A DNA stretch of 64,000 nt from an uncultured Kiloniellales bacterium (GCA_964195155.1 CAXMOP010000015.1:10056-74055); one strand, 5' to 3'; counted from the first letter of the stretch, positions 27,201-35,824 are shown. Made by a program: numbers and translations. The notes: generated by a model not told the origin, from the sequence alone.

Positions 27201-28684
27201 ACGCGGTCGGCGTGGCGATCCCGCAGTCGGTCCCGCAGGCGTTCCTCGATCCAGTGTCGGACCCGACCGGCGATGTCGTTGCCCGCTACGCACGAACGCA
27301 CGGGCCATTCGCCGCTTCCGACGCCGCCGCCTCGGTTGGCCTCCCCATCGGTGTCGTCGACGAGGTCCTCCGCCGTCTCGAGGCCGAGAATCGGGTAGCC
27401 GGGGGCGCCTATCGCCCCGGCGGGCGGGAGCACGAATGGGTCGACGTCGAGGTCCTGCGCAGGATCAGAAGGCGCAGCCTTGCCGTGCTCCGCTCCGAGG
27501 TCGAGGCCGTCGAGCCGAGCGCCCTCGGCCGGTTCGTTCCGGCCTGGCAGCAGATCGGGCTCAGGCGATCGGGCGCAGACCACATCGACCAGATCGTCGG
27601 TCAGCTGCGCGGGGCAGCCGTGCCCGCCTCGATCCTCGAGTCCGACGTGCTCGCAGACCGCTCCGCTACCGCGGGCATCGACTCGCTGCTCGCCAGTGGC
27701 GATCTGGTCTGGGTGGGGAGAGGGCCTCTCGGCGCGCGCGATGGCCGGATCGCGCTCTATCCCCGCCAGCAGGTGCCGCTGCTGCTGAGCCAGGTGCCCG
27801 AAGAGCTCCCGGACGGTCCGCTCCACCAAGTGATCCGGACCCGGCTCGACGACCATGGTGCTTCCTTCTTCGCCGACCTCTACCAGGCTTCAGGCGGCGG
27901 CAACCCGGACGATGTTCTCGACGCACTGTGGGATCTCGTCTGGTCCGGCGAGGTCACCAATGACACCCTCGCCCCGGTGCGAGCGTTTGTATCGGGCCGT
28001 TCCCGGGCGCGAACGAATCGGCGCACGCCGCTCGCCTCCGCCGCACCACCGGCAGCCACGGGCCGTTGGTATCGAACCAGCGAGCTGGAGGGGGCGACAC
28101 CGTCCACCGAGGCCCGGGCCACCGCTCTCGCCGAAATGCTTCTCGATCGCCACGGCATCGTGACCAGGGGCCTTGCCCTCGCCGAAGGCATCGTTGGTGG
28201 GTTCTCGACGCTCTACCCGGTGTTCTCGGCGATGGAGGATGCAGGACGGGTCAGGCGCGGATACTTCATCGAAGGACTTGGCGGAGCGCAGTTCGGGCAC
28301 CCCGGCGCCATCGATCGTCTCCGATCGACCACCGATACCGGGATCATGGTGATGGCGGCGGCGGACCCTGCCAACCCGTACGGCGCCGCGATCGGCTGGC
28401 CCGACCACCACGCATCGCGGCCGGCGAGACGGGCCGGTGCTCACGTCGTGCTCAGCGACGGTGCACTGGTCGCCTACGTGGAGCGGGGTGGTCGCAGCGC
28501 CCTCGCCTTCACCGATGACCCGGCAACCTTCGCAACCGCCCTTGCCGCGGTGGCACCACGGCACCGCCGGATGACCCTCGAACGCATTGACGGCGACAGT
28601 GCGTCGGGATCGCGGTGGGGTGATCCCCTCGCTACCGAAGGCTTCGTCCGGGGCTACAAGGGATTGACGTTCGAGTCCCGGTGA
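24257..28684 (+). CDS. lhr: ATP-dependent helicase Lhr (large helicase-related, DEAD/DEAH)
   Basis: 1475 aa. HAPTGSGKT, VIIDEIHS, helicase C domain and a long Lhr-type C-terminal extension. Exact start uncertain (in-frame GTG codons slightly downstream). Confidence 0.9.
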   Translation: MRGNRDPGIAVTLGRYPVVVDALDGFSDATKTWFASAFVAPTAAQVDGWPAIASGSHTLIHAPTGSGKTLAAFLWALDRLGQEPTPPERERCRVLYISPLKALAHDIDRNLRTPLAGIRLAAQRLGVESPEISTGMRTGDTPQRDRQAMLRHPPDILITTPESLYLMLTSRAREILASVRWVIIDEIHSIAGSKRGTHLAISLERLAAITDVEPQRIGLSATQRPLEDIAAFLGGGIPDGDRWTPRPVNIVDAPRDKALDIEIVVPVADMTKPELTVAPDGDDPENPARRSIWPAVYPRLLDLLAEHRSTIFFVNSRGLAERLAAELNRLADDEVVRSHHGSVSREQRIEIEDRLKSGDLRGVVATSTLELGIDMAAVDLVVLVESPSSVASGLQRVGRAGHQVGAPSVAKVFPKHRGDLLETAVVVERMYAGAIEETSIPQNPLDVLAQQIVAIAADATVAVDDLYDLVRRSMPYRDLGRGVFDSVLDMLAGRYPSDEFAELRPRIIWDRVAGTIEGRRNARMLAVTNPGTIPDRGLYRVVLPDGGRVGELDEEMVYESRPGDTIVLGTSSWRVDDITHDQVVVSPAPASSNARLPFWHGDAPGRPLELGRAVGAFIRTIGGMDQQTAINTLIEQYRLDPWAASNLAGFIEEERAATGVLPTDRTIVVERFRDEIGDWRVAVLTPFGARVHAPWALAARHRYRERHGTAVDMIWADDGILFRFPDVDEPPDTQELLIEPEEIEETLLAEVADSALFASRFREAAARSLLLPKRRPGTRTPLWQQRRRAASLLEVAKKHGTFPVVLETYREVLQDHFDLPALNEVLSDVSRRRTRVAQVDLAGPSPFASSLTFDFVAAFMYEYDAPVAERRAMALTLDRSLLAELLGEPAFRDLLDAEVIGSVEDELQHRSDERRARSQDGLHDLLRDLGPLPAGEIAERTTSPGDAAAWLASLEQSGRIIAVTISGEPRFAAIEDASRLRDAVGVAIPQSVPQAFLDPVSDPTGDVVARYARTHGPFAASDAAASVGLPIGVVDEVLRRLEAENRVAGGAYRPGGREHEWVDVEVLRRIRRRSLAVLRSEVEAVEPSALGRFVPAWQQIGLRRSGADHIDQIVGQLRGAAVPASILESDVLADRSATAGIDSLLASGDLVWVGRGPLGARDGRIALYPRQQVPLLLSQVPEELPDGPLHQVIRTRLDDHGASFFADLYQASGGGNPDDVLDALWDLVWSGEVTNDTLAPVRAFVSGRSRARTNRRTPLASAAPPAATGRWYRTSELEGATPSTEARATALAEMLLDRHGIVTRGLALAEGIVGGFSTLYPVFSAMEDAGRVRRGYFIEGLGGAQFGHPGAIDRLRSTTDTGIMVMAAADPANPYGAAIGWPDHHASRPARRAGAHVVLSDGALVAYVERGGRSALAFTDDPATFATALAAVAPRHRRMTLERIDGDSASGSRWGDPLATEGFVRGYKGLTFESR

Positions 28685-28709
28685 TTCCTCTGGCAGGTAC
28701 GCTGGTGGG

Positions 28710-29120
28710 GTGGACGATGACCGGACCCTGTCTGTTGATGAGGCTCTCTCGGAAATCGCCGCGATCACCGAACAGCTCGACGCCATGGGACCCGGAGATC
28801 CGGGTCGGAGCGGGCTCATCGCCCGCCGAGATGAACTGCGCCGATCGGCCCGGGACGCCTCCGCAGCCTCACGCCCTGAGGACACGCTCCGCTACGAGCT
28901 CGACCAGGCGCATCGCGGTCTCTCCGACCTCGAGGCCAGAGCCCTCGAACGGTCCAAGTCGGAGAGACGTACGTTCCGTTGGATCAACGACCCGAATTCC
29001 GAATCGAACCGCATCAACCAGATGCTGGAGGATCAGGATCAGGCAGCACGACTCCAGCTCGAACGGCGAATCGGAGAGATCGAGGCCCAGCTCGGAGAGT
29101 ACGGCGCGACCGGCAACTAG
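28710..29120 (+). CDS. hypothetical coiled-coil protein
   Basis: 136 aa from GTG. Charged heptad-like composition, unlike the R/S/P-rich overlapping frame. Stop TAG 29118..29120 lies in the MITE C junction. Confidence 0.55.
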   Translation: MDDDRTLSVDEALSEIAAITEQLDAMGPGDPGRSGLIARRDELRRSARDASAASRPEDTLRYELDQAHRGLSDLEARALERSKSERRTFRWINDPNSESNRINQMLEDQDQAARLQLERRIGEIEAQLGEYGATGN

Positions 29121-29229
29121 GAGGATGCTGAGCAATCCTCCGGCGGGCCGATGCGCCGGGAGCATCCGAGTCACAACACGCGAGCGAGCGGCGGCCCATG
29201 GCAATTGTCATTGTTCAGCATCCTCCTAG
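29117..29229 (-). mobile_element. MITE-like repeat, copy C (full length, inverted relative to A/E/F; best TIRs)
   Basis: C-TA|GGAGGATGCTGAGCAAT...ATTGTTCAGCATCCTCC|TA-G. The 20-nt termini including TA match 19/20. Confidence 0.85.
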
Positions 29230-29256
29230 GCGCGACACCTGCCGTGGCACCCGCTG

Positions 29257-30453
29257 ATGGCGATACCCAGTTTGCACATCCGTCCCGGCCACCCCGACTT
29301 CCTCGACCTGCCGTGGCAGCTGCCGATCGACGAGTGGCAGGGCGGCCGCCTCGTCGACATGCCCACCGGTGTGCATCGCCATCCGATCGTGTTCGCGGCG
29401 TACAACGACGCCATCTACGCCATCAAAGAGCTGAATGCCGGGCTGGCCGAGCACGAATTCGAGACCCTGCGCACTCTCGAGGGCCGTACCGCGCGCAGCG
29501 CCAAACCGGCCGGCCTGGTCAAGCGTCCGTGGCTCGACCCGAGTGAGGAGGGAGCCGGAGCGGTCATCACCCGGTATGTCGACTACGCGTTCCCTTACCG
29601 CGAGCTGATATCAGGTGCCGGCTTCGGGGGACGCCGGGACCAGATGCTCGACGCATTCGCTGGCCTCCTGGTCGAGCTGCACCTCGCCGGGTGCTTCTGG
29701 GGTGACTGCTCACTGTCGAATGTGCTGTACCGCTTCGACGCCGGTGCCATCGAGACGATCATGGTCGACGCCGAGACCGCCAGCCTGTACGACTCGATCA
29801 GCGATGGACGCCGTCGCCACGACCTGGAGATCATGGAGGAGAACCTGGCCGGCGGCATGGCCGATATCGCGGCGGCCGCCGGCGAGGGTCTCGACCAGGC
29901 CGACCTCGAGATCGGCATCGACATCACCAAACGCTACGAGGGTCTCTGGGAGGAGCTCAATGATGACCTCGTGATCGCGCCCAGCGAGCGCTACCTCATC
30001 CGCCGGCGAATCGAGCGGCTGAACGATCTCGGGTTCGCCGTCGACGACATCGACGTCGTCCCCGACGGCACCGACAATCGAGTGCGGATCAGCGTGTGGG
30101 TTGGCGGACGGGCCTTCCACGCCAACCGGCTGCGCGAGCTCACCAGCATCGAGGCCTCGGAGAACCAGGCGAGGCACATCCTCTCCGACCTCGCCCGCCA
30201 CGAAGCCCGCCACGGCCGATTCGACTCGCCTGCCGGCAAGACCGTCACGATCATGCAATGGCGTGCCGAACGGTTTGAGCCATTCACCCAGCGAATCTCC
30301 GAACTCCGACCAGGATTCAACCCCGTGCAGGGCTACACCGACTTCCTCAACTACCGCTACCAGCGGGCGGTCGAGGCCGGCCACGATGTCGAAAGTCAAG
30401 CGACGTTTGACGCCTGGCTCCACGCCGGCATGCCCGGGTTCCAACCCCAGTGA
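29257..30453 (+). CDS. DUF4032-type protein with kinase-like N-terminal region
   Basis: 398 aa. HIRPGHPDFLDLPW start and CFWGDCSLSNVLY...VDAET pattern recalled from actinobacterial DUF4032 proteins; family assignment from memory only. Confidence 0.6.
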   Translation: MAIPSLHIRPGHPDFLDLPWQLPIDEWQGGRLVDMPTGVHRHPIVFAAYNDAIYAIKELNAGLAEHEFETLRTLEGRTARSAKPAGLVKRPWLDPSEEGAGAVITRYVDYAFPYRELISGAGFGGRRDQMLDAFAGLLVELHLAGCFWGDCSLSNVLYRFDAGAIETIMVDAETASLYDSISDGRRRHDLEIMEENLAGGMADIAAAAGEGLDQADLEIGIDITKRYEGLWEELNDDLVIAPSERYLIRRRIERLNDLGFAVDDIDVVPDGTDNRVRISVWVGGRAFHANRLRELTSIEASENQARHILSDLARHEARHGRFDSPAGKTVTIMQWRAERFEPFTQRISELRPGFNPVQGYTDFLNYRYQRAVEAGHDVESQATFDAWLHAGMPGFQPQ

Positions 30454-30476
30454 TGGCCGCTGGATCGACCCAAATC

Positions 30477-30530
30477 CGCGTACCCAGGGTTCCCAGCGTC
30501 ATATAGCCGCTCCAGAACCCTGGGTACGCG
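30477..30530 (+). repeat. conserved hairpin repeat, copy 1 (16-bp perfect stem)
   Basis: CGCGTACCCAGGGTTC-CCAGCGTCATATAGCCGCTCCA-GAACCCTGGGTACGCG. Homologous to 58780..58824. Confidence 0.8.
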
Positions 30531-30536
30531 TCCTGG

Positions 30537-30581
30537 TGAGTTTGCGCCGGCACGCTGGAGGATTGTTCAACACCGTCCTAG
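30537..30581 (+). mobile_element. MITE-like repeat, copy D (right part)
   Basis: GTGAGTTTGCGCCGGCACGCTGGAGGATTGTTCAACACCGTCC|TAG. The terminus TAG is the stop of the minus-strand SDR gene. Confidence 0.7.
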
Positions 30582-31351
30582 AACGAGAGGCCGGCCGACG
30601 GCGCAGCCCCAAGCGCTCCCCCGTCGACGGGCAGGACCACCCCCGTGATCCATGCTGCGGCATCCGAGGCGAGGAAAGCAATGGCATTCGCCACGTCGGC
30701 CGGCTCGCCGATGCGCTGCAGTGGATGCGCGGCCGCAACTTGTTCCTCGACGCCATCCCAGAGCAGGGCGGAGAGCCGGGTTCGAACCACCGACGGCGCG
30801 ACCGCGTTCACCCGCACCCCGGGCGCCATCTCGAGAGCGAGTTGATAGGTGAGGTAGATGAGGGCAGCCTTTGACGTGTTGTAGGCACCGAAGGCCGCAC
30901 TGGGACGCACCCCGCCGACCGAGGCAACGTTGACGATTGCGCCGCCGTGTTCCTTCATCGACTGGTTCCACACCTCACGCGACCAGACGACCGGGCCTCG
31001 CTGGTTGACCGCCCACGTCTTGTCGAGCGCCCCGAGGTCGACGTCGGACAGCATCCCGGGGGCGGGGTTGGTGCCGGCGTTGTTGACCAGGATGTCCACC
31101 TTCCCGAACCGCTCGACCGTCTGCTCAACCGCGCTCGAGGCCGCGTCATCGTCGTCGGCGCGCGCCTCGAGCAGCAGCAGCCGATCGCTCGCGTCCAAGC
31201 GCGCCGCGGCTTCATCGAGGTTCGGCTGCTTCCGAGAGGTGATGGCCACCCCGGCGGCTCCGGATCCGAGCAGCAGTCGGGCGGTGGCCTCACCGATGCC
31301 GCGGGTTCCTCCGGTGATGAGCGCTACCGAGCCTTCAAACCTGATGTCCAT
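30578..31351 (-). CDS. SDR family oxidoreductase (FabG-like)
   Basis: 257 aa. TGGTRGIG cofactor motif, NNAG, Y-x-x-x-K (YNTSKAA). Confidence 0.85.
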   Translation of the reverse strand: MDIRFEGSVALITGGTRGIGEATARLLLGSGAAGVAITSRKQPNLDEAAARLDASDRLLLLEARADDDDAASSAVEQTVERFGKVDILVNNAGTNPAPGMLSDVDLGALDKTWAVNQRGPVVWSREVWNQSMKEHGGAIVNVASVGGVRPSAAFGAYNTSKAALIYLTYQLALEMAPGVRVNAVAPSVVRTRLSALLWDGVEEQVAAAHPLQRIGEPADVANAIAFLASDAAAWITGVVLPVDGGALGAAPSAGLSF

Positions 31352-31449
31352 CCGACCTCCTCAGGCGGCGAGCGTACTGCGAGCCGCCTCGGGACACTGC
31401 CCCGCTGCCGCCGGGAGAGGACACTGCCGGCCGCTCCAGCCGCTCGGGG

Positions 31450-31944
31450 TCAATGGCGGCGTACTCCTCCGTACTTCATCCTGGTGTCCTCCATCCTCGA
31501 AACTATTGCCTCGGCACCGTCGTCGATGGCGGCATCGATGATCTCGCCGAGGAACACGTCGTGGGTACCGACGTCGATCGCGTCGTGCAATCGGCACTCG
31601 AACCAGGCGATGGCGTCCTCGAAGATCGGCACACCGGTCGTTCCATCCCGCACCGCGTAGCCGTTCAGCGCCGCGCCGTCGTACTCGGCGGGCTTCGAGA
31701 ATCTCCGGAAGATCGAGGTGTCGGCGCGATCACACAGGTTGACGCTGAACGAACCACCTTCTCGGATCAACCGGTTGGTGACCGCCGTTGAATCCACCGA
31801 GATGGCCACCAGCACCGGCTCCATGGACACCTGGGTGACCCACGAGGTGGTCATGCCGTTCCGTTCGTCCCCGGCTCGTGAGCCCACGAGGCACAGCACA
31901 TTCGGAATCGCCCACATCACCTTGTTCACCGTGGCCGCATCCAT
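31450..31944 (-). CDS. flavin reductase family protein
   Basis: From MDAATVNKVMWAIPNVLCLVGS...NGMTTSWVTQVS. The upstream part of ORF ..32172 is not protein-like. Confidence 0.75.
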   Translation of the reverse strand: MDAATVNKVMWAIPNVLCLVGSRAGDERNGMTTSWVTQVSMEPVLVAISVDSTAVTNRLIREGGSFSVNLCDRADTSIFRRFSKPAEYDGAALNGYAVRDGTTGVPIFEDAIAWFECRLHDAIDVGTHDVFLGEIIDAAIDDGAEAIVSRMEDTRMKYGGVRRH

Positions 31945-32091
31945 GCCCGCGAGCGTACCGCGACCGCGCCCTCGTGCCGGCCGCAAGATCCGCAGGCTGT
32001 GCCGACCGGCTCGCAGATCTCTCGGGGCGCTTTGAGAGCACTCCGCGTCGCCACCATGCCGGCGGCCGATACCTGCCAGTAGGATGCCCTG

Positions 32092-32562
32092 ATGCACGTG
32101 CTGATCGCGACGACCGGCGTGCTCAGCCCTGAGCCGGTGGTCGACTTCACGAGGCAGCTTCTGGGCCAGCATGGCCGGGTCACGGTCATCACGGTCATTG
32201 AGGTGCCCCGGGACTTCCTCGACGACCTCGAGGAAGGGCGGGCATCGGATGACGACGCGGTCAACTCCTATATCGAGGAGCGCGGCCGCCGCCTCGTGGA
32301 ATCAGTGACGCAGAGGCTGGAGGGAGCCCAGATCCCTTATGAGGTGGTGATGCTCGAAGGGACCGATCCGGCGGCGACGATCTCGGCTGCCGCGGGAGAC
32401 CTCGACGCCGACATCGTCGTGGTGGGGGCCACCCGCCCGATCTTCAATCAGGACGCCTGGGAGAGCGTGTCGGCCAGAGTCATGCTGGAGAGCGGCAAGC
32501 CCGTCCTGGTGATCCCCGGCCTACCCGACAAGCCGGACGAAGCCCGGGCGGCCATCACATGA
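32092..32562 (+). CDS. universal stress protein (UspA family)
   Basis: 156 aa. C-terminal DIVVVGAT...SVSARVMLESGKPVLVIP USP nucleotide-binding pattern. Confidence 0.8.
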   Translation: MHVLIATTGVLSPEPVVDFTRQLLGQHGRVTVITVIEVPRDFLDDLEEGRASDDDAVNSYIEERGRRLVESVTQRLEGAQIPYEVVMLEGTDPAATISAAAGDLDADIVVVGATRPIFNQDAWESVSARVMLESGKPVLVIPGLPDKPDEARAAIT

Positions 32563-33449
32563 CCTGGGATGCGCTGCGCACACCCGAAGAGCGATTCACC
32601 GCCCTCGACGGGTACCCGTACGCGCCGCACTACACCGAAATCGAAGGACTTCGCATCCACTTCCTTGATGAGGGGGAAGGCCCTCCCGTCGTGCTCTTCC
32701 ACGGCGAACCAACGTGGAGCTATCTGTACCGCAAACTGATCGGGCCGATCGTCGAGGCCGGGTATCGGGTCATCGCCCCGGACTATCCGGGCTTTGGCAA
32801 GTCGGACAAGCCGACCGATCCCGACTTCTACAGCTACGACCGGCACGTCGACTTCATGGACCGGCTCATCGAGGTACTCGATCTCACCCAGGCCACTGCG
32901 GTGGTTCACGATTGGGGTGGTCCGATCGGCCTGCGCCTGGCGACGGAGCACCCCGATCGTTTCGCTCGCATCGTGATCCTCAATACCGCACTGTTCTCGG
33001 GACGGGCCCCCGTGAGCGAAGGGTTCATGGCGTGGCGATCGTTTGTCGAAAGGACACCCGACCTGCCGGTTGGCTTCATCATGTCTCGCACCGCGGTCAC
33101 GGACTGGCCCGAGTCGGTCTTTGCCGGCTACGAAGCGCCGTTCCCCGACCAGGAGTACAAGATCGGAGCCCATCAATTCCCGCTGATCGTACCCCTCGAC
33201 TCGGAAACCAAGGGTGCCGCCGAGATGGCTGCGGTCAAAGACGCGCTCGCCCTATGGGACCGCCCGGCGGCGGTGATCTTCTCCACCGAGGACCCGGTGT
33301 TCCCCCCGCGGGTCGGCGAGCGCTTCGCCGACCGGATCCCCGGGGCCGAAGACGTCGTGCTCGTCGACGGCGCCGGTCATTTTCTACAAGAGGACCAGGG
33401 CGAGGCGGTGGCCGGCCACATCGTCGACTTCCTGCAGCGGAATCCTTAG
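32559..33449 (+). CDS. haloalkane dehalogenase-like alpha/beta hydrolase (HLD-I type)
   Basis: HGEPTWSYLYRKLI and VVHDWGGPIGL nucleophile elbow resemble DhlA-type enzymes. 4-nt overlap with usp. Stop TAG lies in the MITE E junction. Confidence 0.8.
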   Translation: MTWDALRTPEERFTALDGYPYAPHYTEIEGLRIHFLDEGEGPPVVLFHGEPTWSYLYRKLIGPIVEAGYRVIAPDYPGFGKSDKPTDPDFYSYDRHVDFMDRLIEVLDLTQATAVVHDWGGPIGLRLATEHPDRFARIVILNTALFSGRAPVSEGFMAWRSFVERTPDLPVGFIMSRTAVTDWPESVFAGYEAPFPDQEYKIGAHQFPLIVPLDSETKGAAEMAAVKDALALWDRPAAVIFSTEDPVFPPRVGERFADRIPGAEDVVLVDGAGHFLQEDQGEAVAGHIVDFLQRNP

Positions 33450-33560
33450 GAGGGTGCTGAACAATGACGAGTGCTGAGTGCCGTCGCTCGATTCAGGCGA
33501 GCGGTGATTCAGTTTCTCCCGACAGCGACGGCCCGGGAGGATCGCTCAACATCCTCCTAG
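33446..33560 (+). mobile_element. MITE-like repeat, copy E (full length)
   Basis: tTA|GGAGGGTGCTGAACAATGAC...GGGAGGATCGCTCAACATCCTCC|TAg. Both junction TAGs are stop codons of the two convergent flanking genes. Confidence 0.85.
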
Positions 33561-34009
33561 GACCCGGGAACATCGAGGACGAGGATCTTTCCACAGAATC
33601 CTTCGACCGAATCGCTTGCCGCAATCTCGACGACTTCCTCTCCCCCAGGAATTCTCACACCCGAGAGCGTTCTCGTGAACGGCTGTTCGGTGACGTGGGG
33701 GTGGGCGAGCTCCCGGCTGTCCAGCACCAAGCCGCCTGGAGTCCTGACGATCCATCGATCGGCGTACTTCTCCCATCCGGTGTCCGCCGAGGAGACCGTG
33801 GCGGTCACCCGGTAGGAGGAAGAACCGGTGCTGACGACTTCTGCGGAAATGACATTGGCGCAGCCGTCGGTCGTCCTCGGAGGCTCGGACGACGATGAAC
33901 AAGAGGCCGCTATACCGATCAACACCAGCGCGGCGAGCGAACTGCGTGCCGGCCGAGAAACACTCTCGTCGAGATCAGGTCTCAACACGATGGGAATAGA
34001 CCTCGCCAC
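33557..34009 (-). CDS. putative lipoprotein
   Basis: Signal-like SSLAALVLIGIAASC with lipobox Cys. In-frame GTG starts at 34009 or 33988; the ATG at 34081 would overlap the RDD gene heavily. Confidence 0.55.
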   Translation of the reverse strand: MARSIPIVLRPDLDESVSRPARSSLAALVLIGIAASCSSSSEPPRTTDGCANVISAEVVSTGSSSYRVTATVSSADTGWEKYADRWIVRTPGGLVLDSRELAHPHVTEQPFTRTLSGVRIPGGEEVVEIAASDSVEGFCGKILVLDVPGS

Positions 34010-34475
34010 GGGGCCGACGCTGGAAGTCGTAGACGACCCAGGTGCCGGCCAGCTCGTCGTGCCAGGCTCTGCGCTCCTCATCGAAGAGAACCCAGATGTA
34101 TCCCAGGAAGAAGACGATCGCCGACAGGCCGTAGCCGACGAAGCGAATCAGCGACCGCGCGATCGTCGGCGGGTTGCCGTCGGCGCGCACGACCCGGAGT
34201 CCAAGGAACCATTTGCCGATCGTCGCCCCAGTCAACGCCCATGATCCGATGTAATACACGCTGATGATGAACGGCACCGCGATGAGAAAGCTGCCGCCCA
34301 GGTCGAAATCTCTCGGCAGGAAGGTCTCGAACAGGACCTCGACCTGCTTCACGACCCAACTCAGTGCCGCGATGAGAATGACGAGCAGGACGGCGTCGAT
34401 CGAGAACGCGACGAACCGTGAGATGAACCCAGCGACGCGGCCTTCTAACTCGTTGTAGTCGCCGCTACCGCTCAT
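33975..34475 (-). CDS. RDD family membrane protein
   Basis: 166 aa. Three hydrophobic segments and R..D..D spacing (LGLRVVRADG...WHDELAG). Confidence 0.7.
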   Translation of the reverse strand: MSGSGDYNELEGRVAGFISRFVAFSIDAVLLVILIAALSWVVKQVEVLFETFLPRDFDLGGSFLIAVPFIISVYYIGSWALTGATIGKWFLGLRVVRADGNPPTIARSLIRFVGYGLSAIVFFLGYIWVLFDEERRAWHDELAGTWVVYDFQRRPRGEVYSHRVET

Positions 34476-35215
34476 TCGTCTACCTCTGCGGGCCTCGGCG
34501 GCAGGCCCCGAGGCGATCGGCGCAGAATCCGACGAATGGCTGAATCGGTGAGGTTGTCCGCCGCCGCCCCCGTTTCACGAACCTCCTGGATCGCGGAATC
34601 GGTGATACCGAACGCCTGGTCCCGGATCATCTCTTCCAACGCGTCGCTCTCCGCGACGTTGTCGAGTACTCCATCGATCGTGGTGTCGACGAGGCCCTCG
34701 ACGAGTACCTTGCCGTGGCTGACCTCGGCACGCCCGATCTGAGTGAGCCGATCGCTCTCGGCGTCGACGAGCCCGAGAACGGCGTCGACCGGCTTCGATA
34801 TCAGCCAGCCGATGGGACTCCCGGCGGTCAAACGCCAGCCGTAATCGACCACGCCACGCACAACGCCGGTGTTCACGCCAACCGAGGTGGCCATTCGCTC
34901 GAATCGATCAGGAAGATCCGCGGCGAACCCAAAGACGACCTCGCCGGGAACGTGTTGCTGGGGAACGCGCTCCACGACCGACGGAGAATCCTCGGGATCG
35001 CCGACCGGCGCCGCATTGGCAGCCTCCTGGGCGCGATCAGCGATGACGCCGACCACACCCGCCGCCAGGCGAACCACCGATGAGTACGCGGAGCCCCAAC
35101 CTGCAACGAGATCGGCTGCCCCACCCTCCACCGGCGTCAGTCTGGCGATTTCGGGTGCCGCTTCGGTGGCGGTCTCAGCGTTGTCGTCGGCAGCCCGGAG
35201 GGCCTTGTCTGCCAT
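34472..35215 (-). CDS. hypothetical protein
   Basis: 247 aa from ATG 35215 (MADKALRAADDNAE). Protein-like composition. 4-nt overlap with the RDD gene. Confidence 0.55.
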   Translation of the reverse strand: MADKALRAADDNAETATEAAPEIARLTPVEGGAADLVAGWGSAYSSVVRLAAGVVGVIADRAQEAANAAPVGDPEDSPSVVERVPQQHVPGEVVFGFAADLPDRFERMATSVGVNTGVVRGVVDYGWRLTAGSPIGWLISKPVDAVLGLVDAESDRLTQIGRAEVSHGKVLVEGLVDTTIDGVLDNVAESDALEEMIRDQAFGITDSAIQEVRETGAAADNLTDSAIRRILRRSPRGLPPRPAEVDE

Positions 35216-35243
35216 GGACAAACGATAGCCGTCGCCTGCGCCG

Positions 35244-35822
35244 TCACCCCCCGCGACAATGCAGGTCGGCCGCCTCGCCGCTGTCTGCAAGGGCGCTCTC
35301 CAAAGCGGCACACGCGGCGTCAACCCGGTGCCGGGTGTCGTTGAAGGTGGACCCACCGATCGTCTCGTCGATTTCCTGGAACGAGGAGGCATCGGCAAGA
35401 GACCCGACCATGGCGCCGATGCCGGCAATCGAGAGCTCGAGGGCCGTCACGAACTCCTCGTGTGCGCGCCGTAACGGGTCGGGGGGGTCGAGCGCCGCGA
35501 CGTCATCGGCGTACCGCTTCACCGCATCGGCGACGGAGGCAAACATCGCGGCGCTCCGTCGTGCCGTCTCGGCGAGCACGGCCGCCTCGAGCTGATCGGC
35601 TGCGATGGTTCTGACCAGATCGTCGACGCTGCGCTCGAGATCGTAGAGATGAGAGACCCGGACGTTCTCTGCCTCAGAGACATAGGCAGCGGAACGCTCC
35701 GTCAATAGGTCGCGGTATTGGGTTGGAGTCAGGGTCGCCTGACCACAGCCGGAAAGAACCAGCAGGACCGCGATCGCGACCGCCTGGCGCATGGCCGAAT
35801 GGCTCCGCTTCGACCAGAACAT
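35244..35822 (-). CDS. putative lipoprotein (helical)
   Basis: MFWSKRSHSAMRQAVAIAVLLVLSGCGQ signal peptide with lipobox LSGC. Confidence 0.65.
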   Translation of the reverse strand: MFWSKRSHSAMRQAVAIAVLLVLSGCGQATLTPTQYRDLLTERSAAYVSEAENVRVSHLYDLERSVDDLVRTIAADQLEAAVLAETARRSAAMFASVADAVKRYADDVAALDPPDPLRRAHEEFVTALELSIAGIGAMVGSLADASSFQEIDETIGGSTFNDTRHRVDAACAALESALADSGEAADLHCRGG

Positions 35823-35824
35823 GG

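Noticed and set aside
24239-27856. 1205-aa ORF on the minus strand
   Set aside because: It is entirely antisense to the well-supported lhr helicase gene. Its composition is R/G/P/D-rich with no motifs, which is a typical high-GC shadow ORF.
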